64,000 bases of DNA from Eledone cirrhosa (Eukaryota). Made by a program: the position numbers and the translations under genes. Of the stretch, positions 30,080 through 43,628 are shown one piece after another. The notes under the pieces are model-generated. The model worked only from the letters and a program-made list of their open reading frames with translations. It had not been told where the DNA came from and did no database searches. The stretch lies in assembly GCA_964016885.1 (NCBI GenBank), contig OZ024747.1:39184001-39248000 (forward strand), given 5' to 3'. The number at the start of each line of letters is the position of its first letter. The stretch's first letter is position 1.

Positions 30080-31700
30080 ACCACCAACCCGAACCACATT
30101 TTACAACAACAAGGAATATAACAAACACAGGAGACCACTTAACATCAGCAGACAACCCCTCTACCCCAACCATTTTTTAGACACAGCACACAGATACAGG
30201 CAAACAAAATAACACAAGACAGAGAGGAGAAACAGATAGTAATAAAAATGATCAATCTTACTAGTGCAGAACCAACACCCAACCTTATCAACTTACTCTC
30301 CAAAGGTCTTAAATTCACACCGACCCCACTACGTCCTAACTACTATGAAATGAAGGAAGACATCACAGACTTCTGTAGAAAGTTACGACTTAGTGAACAA
30401 CTATTCGACCAGTACAATGAGGATGAATCATTAGCCAGAAATAGAAGCAATTACACCCCTTCAAAAGGTAGAAATAATATCCTGGACGAATTCTAGGAAC
30501 ACATCACAAACTTCCCTTACCAACACTTGCACAGACAAAAACACAAGCCAAACCTCAACAAGAAAGAATGGGAAGAATTAAATAGATTAAAAACCGACAG
30601 AACCATTACAATTAAAGAGGCTGATAAAGGGAGTACAGTAGTCCTAATGGAGACAGAATTCTATATCAACTTAGCGCTCTCGACTTTGGAAAACGAAACA
30701 TACTACGAAAAGGCTGAACACTACAATCAACAGAAAATTATGAGAAACCTAAAAACTCTAATCAACCAACACAAAGAAGGACTCACTAACAAGGAATTCA
30801 GCTTCATCACAGACTTCACGAGTAAAATTAATATTCCCTACAACTTAGCCAAGAGAATCTGTACTATAGTCTCCAATAAAAACATCTGCTACTTACGGCT
30901 ACAAGAACTAAAGGACACACTCATAGGCAGTGACTACCCTGCATCACTAATTGACAATGGAATCCAACGTGCCCTAAAACTCAGTACCCAGGACCTTAGA
31001 CACCCTAAAGTAAATCAACCAAAACTAAAAGCTCTTCCATACATCTCCACACACAACCCCTCAACAATGAGGCCTTTGACACCATCCTCCAGAACATCCC
31101 TGTATTGAAAAAGGACCAGAGAATGAACCAAATTCTACGAACACACGATATCTTAAAGAGCAAAAGACAATCCAAGTCAATGAAAAACATCTTAACACAT
31201 GCCAAAGTACTGCCAACCACAACAACGAAACCCACAGTAAAAAAATGCGATAGACCCAACTGTGGCATTTGCATCAACCTAATAGAGGGTTCGGAATTCT
31301 ATTTCAAAGATGGACAACGTTTTATAGTAAAACACAATTTCACATGTGCATCGGAAAATCTAATATATGTATTAACTTGTTCAGGTTGTCGAGAACAATA
31401 CATAGGCCAGACCAAAAACAGCCTCCACCAACGCATGACTGTCCATAGATCCCAAATTAAAATACGGGAATACAGGAAAATACCACTGAGTGAACACATT
31501 GATACCTGTGCCGCCCAAAATCATCCCAACTTCAGAATCTTTCCCGTCTACAAATTTAAAGATAATGCCACCCACACCCAGCGCATCAGCAAGGAATCTT
31601 ACTTCATTAACAAATACGGACCCCGTCTAAACACTTCTCCCTAAGACGAACCCACAACATACACACGTCAACATACATACCTACATCAGCACACATCTCT
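30080..31700 (+). mobile_element. Neptune-like Penelope element lacking the RT core
   Basis: LLSKGLKFTPTP..IKEADKGS..DFTSK joined directly to INIPYNLAKRIC. GIY-YIG frame at 31105-31644 (CDRPNCGIC, LIYVLTC..YIGQT..R..H). Confidence 0.88.
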
Positions 31701-31963
31701 ACCCACATATAAACACAATGGCACACGTAGACACACATGCTCTATGGTGCAATACAAAAAAATATATGTGCATATATATGTATGTATATATGTATATATA
31801 TATATATATGTAGTGAATATATGTATGTATATATATATATATATAGTGAATATCATTTCACACCTTCTATTGTTAAGATTTTTGATGTTCTATTAAGAGA
31901 ACCGATTTTACTGAAAAAATCGAATAATGTACACCATTTTACCAGGGGGAAAAAAATACTGGT

Positions 31964-32002
<39 letters not shown>

Positions 32003-32044
32003 CACAAACACATACACACGCGTACATCAACATACAAAGAGACT

Positions 32045-32093
<49 letters not shown>

Positions 32094-32192
32094 TTCTCCG
32101 TATAAGACAAAAGCTGAAAAATATCTTTTGACATGCTAAAATACCCCCCATTGCTTTCAGACACATTCTTAATGACCATCGAATTACTCTGC

Positions 32193-32279
<87 letters not shown>

Positions 32280-32354
32280 ATCTTAATAGCCATTTGACAC
32301 ACATCGCTGCTGGCCATTGTCGCAGCATCGAACACCTTACTACTACTACTACAA

Positions 32355-32427
<73 letters not shown>

Positions 32428-32464
32428 TACACACACACACACACATATTTGTTGTGAAAGAGTC

Positions 32465-32915
32465 ATTTCTCAATCTTGGCGCAAAACCAATTTTTTATCC
32501 ACATGACCTCTACCGACCAATCAAAATTGTTTTGACCAAGAATTTTTACTGGAGCCACTTTTTTAACATAAAAACAGTCTTGGCGCAAAATCAACTTTTT
32601 ACATTCACATGACCTCTACCGACCAATCAAAATTATTTTGACCACAAGCATTTTTGCAACACAAAAATAACGCTGGAGCCACTTTTTTAACATAAAAACA
32701 GGTAGAATTCCCAAAACTAATCAGATCAGAGCAAACAGCACGGACACTCTATCTCAAAATTATTTTTGAAAAGCACTTAGAAATGCGCAACCGGTAAAAA
32801 CTTAAAAACTTAAAACCACAATTGAATACTAACCCATACAATCACTAATACTCTTTTATTCCTAATTAAACCATTTTTCAACTGTGAACAATTTGTCAGC
32901 ATTTTCTATTCCGTT
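32465..32915 (-). mobile_element. Helitron-internal fragment with ~110-bp tandem duplication
   Basis: Reverse complement of 51812-52120. cttggcgcaaaa..aacataaaaaca occurs twice. Confidence 0.7.
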
Positions 32916-32924
32916 TACCAATAT

Positions 32925-33995
32925 ATTCATATATATATATATATAGAATTAACAAGAATCAAAGCTATTTTCAAAACATTTATTCACTTACAATTGTTTC
33001 ATCCAAACGTAGGCTTGCAGTCTTCGGAGCATTTATTAATGCTTGTACATATAATTGACCTCCTCTCCAACACAAGAGACATACATATACATATATATAT
33101 ATATTGATGTATAGCGGAGTGACATATATTATACTATATAATATTTGTATAGCAATTCAAATTTAGACTCAAAATTACAATTAAAATACATGCGGCAGGT
33201 AACACAGATAATGCAAGAGAATAGTTAGATAATCAGATCTCTAGTAGATGGTGTATGCGTTAGTCATACATAGAGCATGCAAGTGTGTCTCATTTATATC
33301 CGGATAATAAACCGCTGTAAATTCTTGCAGCAGAAAGAAACGATTATATAAATATGGATTAAATGACACTGAGCCTCAATACGTTACAATCATTTACTAC
33401 ATCAAACATTCAATACGAATTCATCGTAACATATGTGATGGATGTGAAAAATATAACTTCCTTTTTCTGGATGTGAAAATGGTGGTGGATGTGAAAACTA
33501 TAACTTTCTTTTTCTTTTTCTTTTCCTGCACACATACTTATTTAATCTATACAAAAAAACCTACGACTACAACCACCATAATACTCTTGCTTACCCGCTT
33601 AAAGTGCTTGTATTACACATAATACCTTGCCACACTATACTCTTATATAAATGAGACACACTTGCATGCTCTATGTATGACTAACGCATACACCATCTAC
33701 TAGATCTGATTATCTGACTATTCTTTTGCATTATCAGTGTTACCCGCCGCAAGTATTTTAATTGTAATTTTGATTCTAAATTTGAATTGCTATACAAATA
33801 TAGTATAGTATAATATATGTCACTCCAGTGTACATCAATATATATGTATATGTATGTCTCTTGTGTTGGATAGGGGTCAATTATATGTACAGGCATTAAA
33901 CAATGCTCCGAAGACTCAAGCTTAGGTTTGGATGAAACAATTGTAAGTGAATAAATGTTTTGAACATAGCTTTGATTCTTGTGAATTCTATATAT
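32925..33995. mobile_element. ORF-less fold-back pLTR unit with a hammerhead motif in each arm
   Basis: 32925-33298 is inverted at 33645-33995, with (TA)n at the ends. Confidence 0.8.
33902..33950 (+). ncRNA. Minimal hammerhead (CCGAAGA core, palindromic stem III)
   Basis: gct-CCGAAGA-ctcaagc ttag gtttggat-GAAACAATTGTA-agt. The mirror copy is at 32985-33033 (minus). Stem I is short. Confidence 0.6.
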
Positions 33996-34120
33996 GTGCT
34001 CTGTAGAACAACTGATGTTCTTATATTGCGCTATTTATCTTAATGGTAATAAGATAGTAATAATTTACTGACCTTCCCTGTTTATAGTTCAAAATATACA
34101 TAACTATAAATAGTATCCTT

Positions 34121-34207
<87 letters not shown>

Positions 34208-34360
34208 AAAAAATTATATGATCAACACTACTGTGTTTTTTTTTGCAAAGTGACAATAATTATTTAGCCAGATAGAAATACCTTAATTCAAGTACATATA
34301 GTCCGTCTGTATCGATCTAGAGAATATTAAATATTAAATCTATACTATTGAAATATATAT

Positions 34361-34445
34361 ATGGCCATACTCGATAACGAGGGGGCAGACATCATGTATG
34401 TATGTATGTAGATTTATATATATATATAAATCTACATACATACTG

Positions 34446-34480
<35 letters not shown>

Positions 34481-34515
34481 GATTTATATATATATATAAA
34501 TCTACATACATACTG

Positions 34516-34558
<43 letters not shown>

Positions 34559-34645
34559 TATGTATATAGATTTATATATATATATAAATCTACATACATA
34601 CATACATACATGATGACTGCCCCCTCGTTATCGAGTATGGCCATT
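34361..34645. repeat. Nested palindrome around (TA)n
   Basis: atggccatactcgataacgagggggcag is inverted at 34617-34644. The internal gtagatt(TA)naatctac palindrome occurs three times. Confidence 0.9.
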
Positions 34646-34831
34646 GCACGAGGAGAAAAAAAAAAAATAAATAAAAAAAAAAAAAGAAATATATATATAT
34701 ACACACATATATATATGTATATATATATACATATATATATATACACATACATACATACACATATATATACATACACACATACATACACATATATAAACAA
34801 ACACACATATAGACACACATACATTAATAAC

Positions 34832-34875
<44 letters not shown>

Positions 34876-34984
34876 CAATAATAATAACGACAACAAAAAT
34901 AATAATATACATATACATATATATATACACATACACGCACACACACAAGCATATATATACACACACACACACGATAGAAACTAA

Positions 34985-36130
34985 CAGCGCTGCGATCGAA
35001 TGTGGCCCAGCCAATGATCTAAAATGTTTTGCACAGTGTCGGCAACCAAAACATTTACTGGGTATAGTCGGCTGTGGTTGGAGTTCGTGAACTTGTGCAT
35101 GTCGCTTGAGCCCTCCTGCTGATTTACAGTCTCTAACACATGTTTGGCAAGCATGATGAGTAGCATCTCCAACAGCTGTCTGGTAGTCAACCACTGGACT
35201 TACTTTATGACTGCGAAGATGACTTTCGAGTCCAGCTTTGCTTACGCAGAGTCTCGCACAGACGCTGCATGTCAGCACCATAGGAGGACCCTCGCCGTCT
35301 GGAAGTGCAACAGCAATGCCCTTCCTCACATCCCGCTTTACTTCCTCGTATGCGATTCGAGATGCCTCAAAGGCAACTTTTCCCTCATATACAGTCTTTC
35401 TCCATTTATTACGATCAGCAGCAATATTTTCCCATGTATCAGCAGAGATGTTAGCGTCTTTCAGAGAGGCTTTCCAGGAATCCTTATACTTCTTTTTTGG
35501 TTTATGTGGCGGTCGTTTTCCTTTAACCAACTCTCCATAAAAGAGTTGTTTTGGTATTCTAGAATCCTTCATCCTGGCAAGGTGATCACTCCAACGGAGT
35601 CGTTGCTTAAGCACAAGAGCTTCTATACTGTCACACATAGAGCTTTCCAAAATCTCGACATCACTGATGTGGTCCCTCCAGTGAACGCCATGGATCCGTC
35701 TGAGACACATCTGATGGAAACGCTCCAATTGCTTAACGTGGTGTCGATATGTGACCCAGGTCTCGCAGGCATAAAAAAGACAAGAGAGCACACATGCCCT
35801 GTACACCTTTACCTTTGTCCTCTCGCCGACCCCAGAGTCGCCTTTCTAGCTTTCCGAAAGCATCAATTGCTTTCCTAATCCTAAGTGAGATTTCACTGTC
35901 AAGGTTGCTGTATCGATTGACAGTGCTTCCCAGGTAGACAAACTGATCAACCACTCCAAGTCGTTTGCCATACGCATAGATGTTTGGTTCAGTGTACTGC
36001 TTACCAGGGGCAGGTTGGTACATGACGACGGTTTTCTTGAGACTGACAGTCAAACCTAGGGCAGTGCAAGCGTCAGAAAATGTATTCAAAATGTGCTGCA
36101 TATCACTCTCTGTGTGCGCTACAAGATCGC
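34985..36130 (-). mobile_element. 5'-truncated RTE-clade LINE (RT thumb region plus C2H2 fingers)
   Basis: GLTVSLKKTVVMYQP..FVYLGS..RIRKA; YRACVLSCLFYACETW..LERFHQMCLRRI..LRWSDHLARM..PKQLFYGEL..DRNKWR; then three CxxC..H motifs. Confidence 0.9.
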
Positions 36131-38197
36131 AATACATACATACATACATACATACATACATACATACATACATACATACATACATACATACATAATACAT
36201 ATGTATATAGCTATGCATTTATACATTTGTATATATACATGCATTTATATTTAACTGTGTAAGGATGTTGACATAATTTATGTTTTTTTTATTTATGTAA
36301 GGAGAACATTTTTGTCTCTAGATTTTATTACCTAGTGAGATTAAATACCACACCTCTGGCTAAAAGCTGACCCGGTTCTCAACCTCATCAAACACTAACG
36401 CCGGTCTGTGTGTGTATGTTCGTATGTATGTATATGTATAGTGCCACATCTTTCAGCACCATTGCTTCTTTTTGTTGTCATTTCTGTTGAAGTTGTTCGT
36501 GTAACTGTTGTAAAAGTTGAAGTAGTCCTTCTTTTCATTTTATTTATTTCTTCTGTTTTTCTTTTATCTCCCTAGGGAATTCGTTGACAGGCTTTCATTT
36601 ATTTTCTTCGTTTTTTTCATTCAAATTCATTCACACTGGCTGTCTAACAGACGTACAAATATGATTTATAAAACTTACCAAACTAAAGGGGCATGCAGCG
36701 CCGCCCCAAATCTTCAAACGTCCCTCTAACGCCCCCCCCCATTGCTCCAAAACGCCCCCTGGAACTCCGAAACGCCCTCAGGAGGGGGGCATTGCCTCCC
36801 CGTTGAGAACCTTTGATGTAACAGATTAGTGTCGAATATGTGGATCATGGAATGCACAGGGCTAGCACAAAGGCAACATATATTGTGGAGACATGGCAAG
36901 ATGGCTTAGATAATCCATTGGAAATCCTGACACAAGTTATGTTTCAATTGCTCGGAGAATCGGTATGATCATCAAGTTGAAAGGTTAACGAAAATGAAAA
37001 GATAAAAAAGATATGTAATTTTCTCATAGATGAAGTCTGTGAGCAATGTTAGCAATATATTGATTTGTTTAACAAGGCTGAAAGAAAGGTATTGATTATA
37101 GATATTTCCTGTCCATTCGACACCAGAGAGAAATAGAGAAGTAGAAACGAATGTTGTATAATGAATTGCAGTGTTACATCTTGGGGATTTGGGATTAAAG
37201 CTGATAACAAGGTATGCGATAAAAAAGGAAAAACAGTTGATAGATATGACAGGTTAGCTTGGGTGTTTAATAAGTTGGGGGTCACTGAAAAGGGTGGACG
37301 ATATTGTAGATCTGGTGGATAATGAACTGGGAGAGAATGTCCAAAGATTTAAGAGAATTGGCAGTAATCGTCATAACGAATATAAGTAAAAGGTAAATGG
37401 AGTGTATCTGAAATAAAGATAGATAACAGCAACAAACAACCTAACCAAAACATACACCCTTTATTTTGAAAGAAATTAGGTTTCAAAACAGAAGAAACTA
37501 CGGAGGAAAAGAACCATGGGGGTAAAGGAGATTAGAACAGGTCATTAAGGAAATAAGAAAATATATCAACATCCTAGACTAAAAATAAACGCAGCGAACT
37601 TAAGTGAAAGGAGAAATACCAGGAGCTTTAACGTAGACACAGGATTAAAAATAAGGGTATAAATGTAGATTTGGAAGAAGATAAACAGAAACTGTAGGCC
37701 TAAAGCAACCAAAATTAAGAGGTATCAACAGAGGGTAGATCAATATAAGATCAATAGAATGTTCTAAGAGTATCAAAAAAGGGTTTAGCAACAGCAAAGC
37801 TGAGTAGGCTGAGTGTAAGCTACAGTCAGAAACCGGACGCTAAACGAATACTGTTATGCAGGTATGAAATCAACATGTGTATCTTTGGTGAACGTAGAGT
37901 ATACTTCCAATGAGATGTATTGTAAATAGCTTTACTCGCAGTTGAAGGAATTGTACATAATATTTTTATTTACTAATTTGATCTTACTAAAATTATTCGG
38001 AAATACAGGAATATCGTAAATATCTAGAAGTCTCTAACAAGAATTTTAAATTTTCATATATTAACACCTAAACAGAATTGTGCCATGGCACTTGGTTGTT
38101 CAGATAGTCTGCTACGACTTAAAGAAAGAATAGAAGGGATAAATATAGAGTTCATATTACTCTAAAAATCACCTACTTATAAAATGATATATATATA

Positions 38198-38199
38198 AT

Positions 38200-38285
<86 letters not shown>
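38198..38285. repeat. (TAG)n microsatellite
   Basis: Read directly from sequence. Confidence 0.95.
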
Positions 38286-39302
38286 TGGTGTTTCAAATTG
38301 TATCACTATCCTATTTCAAAAACAATATGATCAAATACGGTATGTTTATACGAATATGTATACAATTAAATATTCTCAATCTTTATACACCACATTAATC
38401 TACTTCTAAATTAAGACTAGTGCTTAAAAACAATGCCAAATGAAGTGCTCTAGACATTATATAACTACGAAATGTTATGTTCCTGACAACATACACACAA
38501 CTAACTTCATATTCTATCTCCTATGTTGAATATACAAACGGTCTTTTCGTTTACATATTAAATGAAATATACAAACTTGACATGATAATTGTTAGTGTAA
38601 GAGCTGCACGGAAAAGTAATAAGCGATTATGTTCAAATAATGGTAATAAGCAAGAATTAATTATGCATAATAGTTACAAAGATATTCCACTTTAGAAATG
38701 ATAATTGTTATGGAAAATGTCGAATTATATATATTTTCCGCTGAAATTCATTAATAGTGTTGACAATAATGTAAATGAACAATTACAAGTATGTGAATCC
38801 AGAGGTTATTTGGTGTTCATAATAAAGATTTATGTACTGATTGATATTCAAGGGTGATATATTATAATGTACAGATGAACGCAAGCATCCATATACGTGG
38901 AAGATAAAACGTAATTAACTGAACTACAATGAAATTATATATGTTTGTGTATTTGTTCCCACACTAAGCTGTTTATCCACTAGGTGTTGCATTGTAACTT
39001 CGAGGGTATAAGTGGGTTGGAGGGATCCGAAAACACTTTACATTATCCCAGATAACAGTTGTTGTTATTCTTGTTGTTGTTGTCGTTGATAATAACAGCC
39101 GTGCTACAAACATAATCAAACCAAGCCGCTATCTCTTGGCTCTGCTGTCCTCTTCGATAACTTTACTGGTGTCAGTATTCTGCAGCATAAATACAATGCT
39201 GCTCTTACCAACGGCAACAGCGATATAATGAGACCGAGGACTATATATATATATATAGTGACGAAACATAAGTCAATTTCATGAACTCATAATCCTTTAT
39301 TT

Positions 39303-39372
39303 ACTGCTATATATATGTCGATGATAGCCATTGAATGATAGCCATTGAATGGCTATGACCTCATCAGGCAGT
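39303..39372 (-). ncRNA. Hammerhead motif, probably inactivated (GAAA to GACA)
   Basis: actgc-CTGATGA-ggtcatagcca..tggctatcatc-GACA TATATATA-gcagt, with a 14-bp tandem duplication in stem II. Same family as 52882-52936. Confidence 0.6.
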
Positions 39373-40725
39373 TAGTCAGTTCTTAGATATGCCAGCCATG
39401 TGTTTATGGTGTTGATGCTATCAGAGCCTTGGGATATATGAGCTTGTTAGGAATAATTTAATGTTGTCAGCAGGAATAATCTTAATTCTCATTGGTCAGT
39501 TTGTAGATGCTAGTAGGGTTGGTATTTACATATATATATATATATGTAAAGTTATATGATGATGTTCAGGTGAGAGAGAATGAATATCGGGATAGTATTA
39601 TTTGATGTATCAATAAGGAAATATTTCTAACTTCACAATATCTTACTTTACTGGAAATAAATACGCCAATGCATATAGTGATATTGTGATAGAAATTTAA
39701 GAATATAAAATTAGGTATGATATAATTCCGTAACTCCTGAAGGAGTCGTAGGGACGTCCTATAAACTTACGGCAATTGTTGGCCATTTTAATCCTGGCAG
39801 AACTCATTCCTTCTGCAGGCCCAAAAGATGTAATATGAGTAATGAAAAATCCCTAAGTGTTAAGACTAACTCTAAACTGTTATTTTTTTAACTGTTAAGA
39901 ATTATTTGGTTTATTCATTTTCATAATTAATTATATAAATAATGAAAAAGTGGCGGGAAGTGATAATCTAGGGCAGAGCGACTGTTTACAAAAGTAATGG
40001 AAAGGACTATAAATTCTATAAACGAGAAGAAAAGCATGGAAAAATCAAGGACTTCTAGGCCACGGAAGAAAGATAACCGGAAGGGAAAACAATGACAGGT
40101 TATATGCCAATTGTTATCATTTATTGAAATTAATTCTCATGACATTCATGTTAATTCTTAAGAGCATAATTGTTTATTCTCCTGGTCCTTAAATGTAAAA
40201 TGGTAAAATAATAAAACAAATAGTTTAAGCACTGATTATTTGACAGGCCTGGGTAATTTTGAGAGAAATATCGATAGAGAATTTTCATAGGAATTTCTGT
40301 ATTGAAAAATCATTTTCTTCAGTAAATTAAGTTCTTATTAACAGAAGAGAACTTAATGTCTATGGATGTTGATTGACGTTTACACAATATAATTAGATAC
40401 CCAATACGCAAATATATGAAAATGCAGTCAAATACAATTTCGTTGAATAAACGTGTTTTATAAATATGTGAAATATTAAGCAAACTTATTAATTGCATTT
40501 AGGTAATTAAATGAGGTAGGCAAAACTCTATGTTATGTAAATCATAAGCCGATTATATTCACGTTGTAGCTCCATATGTCATTGAATAGCCTTTCATATT
40601 TCTTAATACGATTTTGTAATCAAACATCTCCGGTTCTGCCATTGATAATTTGTGGTCTTGTTACTAGTTACATCCACGACATAATATACACGCACGCACA
40701 CACACACGTATATATATATATATGT

Positions 40726-41143
40726 AGGGCTCCCAAAGGAGCACTGAGTGAAATGTCAACTCTGAATGTCGGTGAGCATGTCCAGCTAACCTCAGTCTCC
40801 TCTGTGTCACTTTTGAGCTGACTTTTGGGATTCTCCCATACACCTCTGAGTTTTTCATCCTCAGTGTATACTGATTAATGTTCAGAGCCATCCTCAACAT
40901 TCTCGTGTAGCACCCATCCACCATCTGAGTGAGTTTCTTGGTCAGTGTCCAAGTCTCAGACCCATACAGCAGCACATACTCCACTACAGCAATGAACACA
41001 CTAGAAAAGGAAGACCAAGGTTAACGTATGTTGATGCCCTAAGGACAGACACTGGTCTGTTGGAGACGCAGGACATGGCAGCGATAATGAGGGACAGAGA
41101 CCGCTGGAGAGAACTCGTCCATGGATCTCGGGAATTTTACCCG

Positions 41144-41147
<4 letters not shown>
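40726..41147 (+). mobile_element. RTE/RTEX-type LINE 3' end with inverted 5' part
   Basis: 40726-40997 encodes [29 protein letters not shown] on minus. 40997-41147 is the 3' end on plus. The colinear copy is at 58182-58418. Confidence 0.85.
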
Positions 41148-41178
<31 letters not shown>

Positions 41179-41769
41179 CAAGTATTGCACCAAGAAAAAT
41201 AAAACGTGGGCGTGAAGAGATTATGGATTTATTTGCTTTAACGTATGTTTCTGTGTCGATTATAAATTGCTTACATATGCTGACTACTATATATATTGTT
41301 CAAACATATGCAATACTTAATTATTTATTACATTTTATCCGAAAGACTATAGTAGTGGAATTCAACTATTCACTGCGCGTTTGAATTCAGTAATGGGATC
41401 TTCGTTTAAAAAAATGTAAATAAGTTAAAGATAGCATGAAATAGAGTCAGTTAGTGTGATATTAGAGAGGAGCGGTAGTGGGGGTAAATAGCTTCACACT
41501 ATCAATCTGTGTGTAGTCAAGTGGAAAAATTATTCTTTTACCATTGTTTTAGGTGAAGGTTTTGATGTTTACCATATAGGAGTCTAGAGAAAGTATAAAG
41601 AGGGAGACAGAGAAAAAGATGGTAGAGATTAAGAGAAGGCTAGAATAGGTAAGGAAGAAAGGAATTAATAAAATGGGATTGTTTTGAATAATACTGAATC
41701 CATTGGGTGTGAAAAGTTCAAATGCTACAGGAAATGTTCAAAATATGATGTAGTAAAACCTAGGTATTA

Positions 41770-43550
41770 GGGATCAAATCTTGTTCAAGTCCAGTTTGTA
41801 TTTAGCAAAGGTTTTTAGAACCTTGTGTTTGCAATTAAATATCCGGGAATTTAGAAGGTCCTTTTCGGTCGCTATTCCAATTACCTCTGCCCAACATTGG
41901 TCGCAGAGGTGTCTTTCATTCCGGTATGGACGGGCGAATTTTAGCACGGACCATTGTAGTGTCTATTCAATATTAGCACGTTTCAGATCCCAGTTTTCTT
42001 TAGCTGGGGTTTTTAGGTATGTGGGTGTACACATACCATCCTTTCTTGAAAGTATTCGAAGCGGAACCCAGATATTTATATATCCCCAATTTACATTTTA
42101 TCATACACTGATAAATGATATTTTTGTACAAATATTTACCCGATAGAGGACAATTGCTCGTATTTCTGCAGTTGCAGTTTGTCCGTGTATAATGTGTGGT
42201 TTCTTCCCTGTTTCCTGTGTTGGGAGTGTTATTCCACTTATTCTATTGTTGCTCCGGACATACACATAAAGTGGAAGGTATGTTGGTATTTACGGGTACC
42301 GGTCTGCTCAGTATTGGAGGCTGTAGATGCTGCCGGGGGTTCAGATTATTGCCTGTTGTTATTGTCGTACCGGCGGAAGCATATGTTATTCAATTTCCTG
42401 ATGAAATTGCCTAGATTAGCTGTGGTGGAATAGGAAAGTTCGATTTTGTCTCTATGTAGTATTTATGGAATTTGCGTGTAGGAGGAAAGTATTCGTCTCT
42501 AAGTTTGAAGAAGAGATAGTATAGGTTAATAATTACCAGATTATTGTGCAGGGGATTATACCATAGATATGATTTTGGTGTTTTCTTATTTGCAGCATTA
42601 TTATTTGTCTCGCCAATATGGGGTTTTGAGCTGTTTGAATTTAAATTTGCAAATTCTGTGTGGTACTTATGATGTTTTCATATTGAGGTGGTTGGATTGT
42701 CCCCGCATGGTGTATCTGGAAGAAATTATAGTAGTTCATCAATACCGAGAAGCGTTGTAGTAGTCAGTGTGGGTGTTTAAATAGGATCCCTGGGCAGACA
42801 ATCTGGAGATCCTAAGGGATTCAGTTTTAACAATGGAACTAGTGATAGTCCTAGGATGGTTAGACCAAAGATTAACATAGTTTAATTATCATTAGATTTC
42901 TGGAAGGCCTCATATATGACGGAGTTAAGGTCGAGAGTCACATCTAAAAAGATGATGCGTTTAAGGTGATATTTAAAATTATCTTAAGGCCCATGCGTTG
43001 AAAGAATGATGTAATAGCTTTGCTTCTTCTTTCCAATTACTGACTCTTGAAGTTCTTAATGAGTAGGAGAAGATCATCTCTATTGAGGCCAGGGAATTCT
43101 AGATGTTCCCGCAAGATCCGTAACTTGGGCCGAGTCACTCGAACCCATAATTATAACGAAGTCGTTTTGTCTATCCTTATGTGTCCAGTATTCGTTGTCA
43201 AATATTATGATCGAACTTCTAGCAGTTACAATTATATCAACTTAATTTCTAGTTAATTTAGAATTGTCCATCGTAAATATAAGGGCCCTATCGATAAGGG
43301 TTTGAGGAATAGATGAATAATAGTCATGTATGTCAAATTGAATTAAATCATGAGTGGATTTATCTTCTCAATTAGTGAATCAGTTGACTGCATCTCCAGT
43401 ATTACCCCATAGTTTTATAGACAGTCTGTTTCTTTTTATTTGCATTAACATCCTATCTAGAATGTGCTTACTTATGCGCCCTATGTCAAATTTAGAGGGG
43501 CATATTAGTTAGATTCAAAGTTGTTCTTTCTGAACTCTCAAGTTAAAAGT
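41770..43550 (-). mobile_element. Decayed Penelope-like element (CNC-x5-C linker)
   Basis: Minus strand gives ICPSKFDIGRIS, IQFDIHDYYSSI, FLDVTLDL, IWYNPLH, CNCRNTSNCP, SVHPH..T and ERHLCDQC. Confidence 0.75.
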
Positions 43551-43585
43551 TGTGAATCGAAGTACAAAATGGCTACGCCTAAGCA

Positions 43586-43628
43586 ATTGACTATCATAAG
43601 GCTATATATATGGCCTTATGATAGTCAA
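43586..43628. repeat. Perfect 16-bp hairpin with TA loop
   Basis: ttgactatcataaggc-tatatatatg-gccttatgatagtcaa. Confidence 0.9.

Larger units (their letters stand above)
28450..36815. mobile_element. hAT-superfamily non-autonomous DNA transposon swollen by nested insertions
   Basis: TIRs CAACGGTTCTCAAC (28450-28463) and GTTGAGAACCTTTG (36802-36815). 8-bp TSD ttgtaaca/atgtaaca. Subterminal AACGCCC repeats. The flanks rejoin into one Dong-like reading frame. Confidence 0.8.
28360..37850 (+). mobile_element. Old R4/Dong-like LINE relic split by the hAT element (pieces 28360-28449 and 36816-37850)
   Basis: TQGFLTAPQDSTLRT on the left continues as CRICG on the right. KATKIKRYQQRVDQYKINRMF lies near 37700-37765. 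Confidence 0.6.

Noticed and set aside
35144-35878. 244-aa plus-strand ORF
   Set aside because: Antisense shadow of the RTE ORF.
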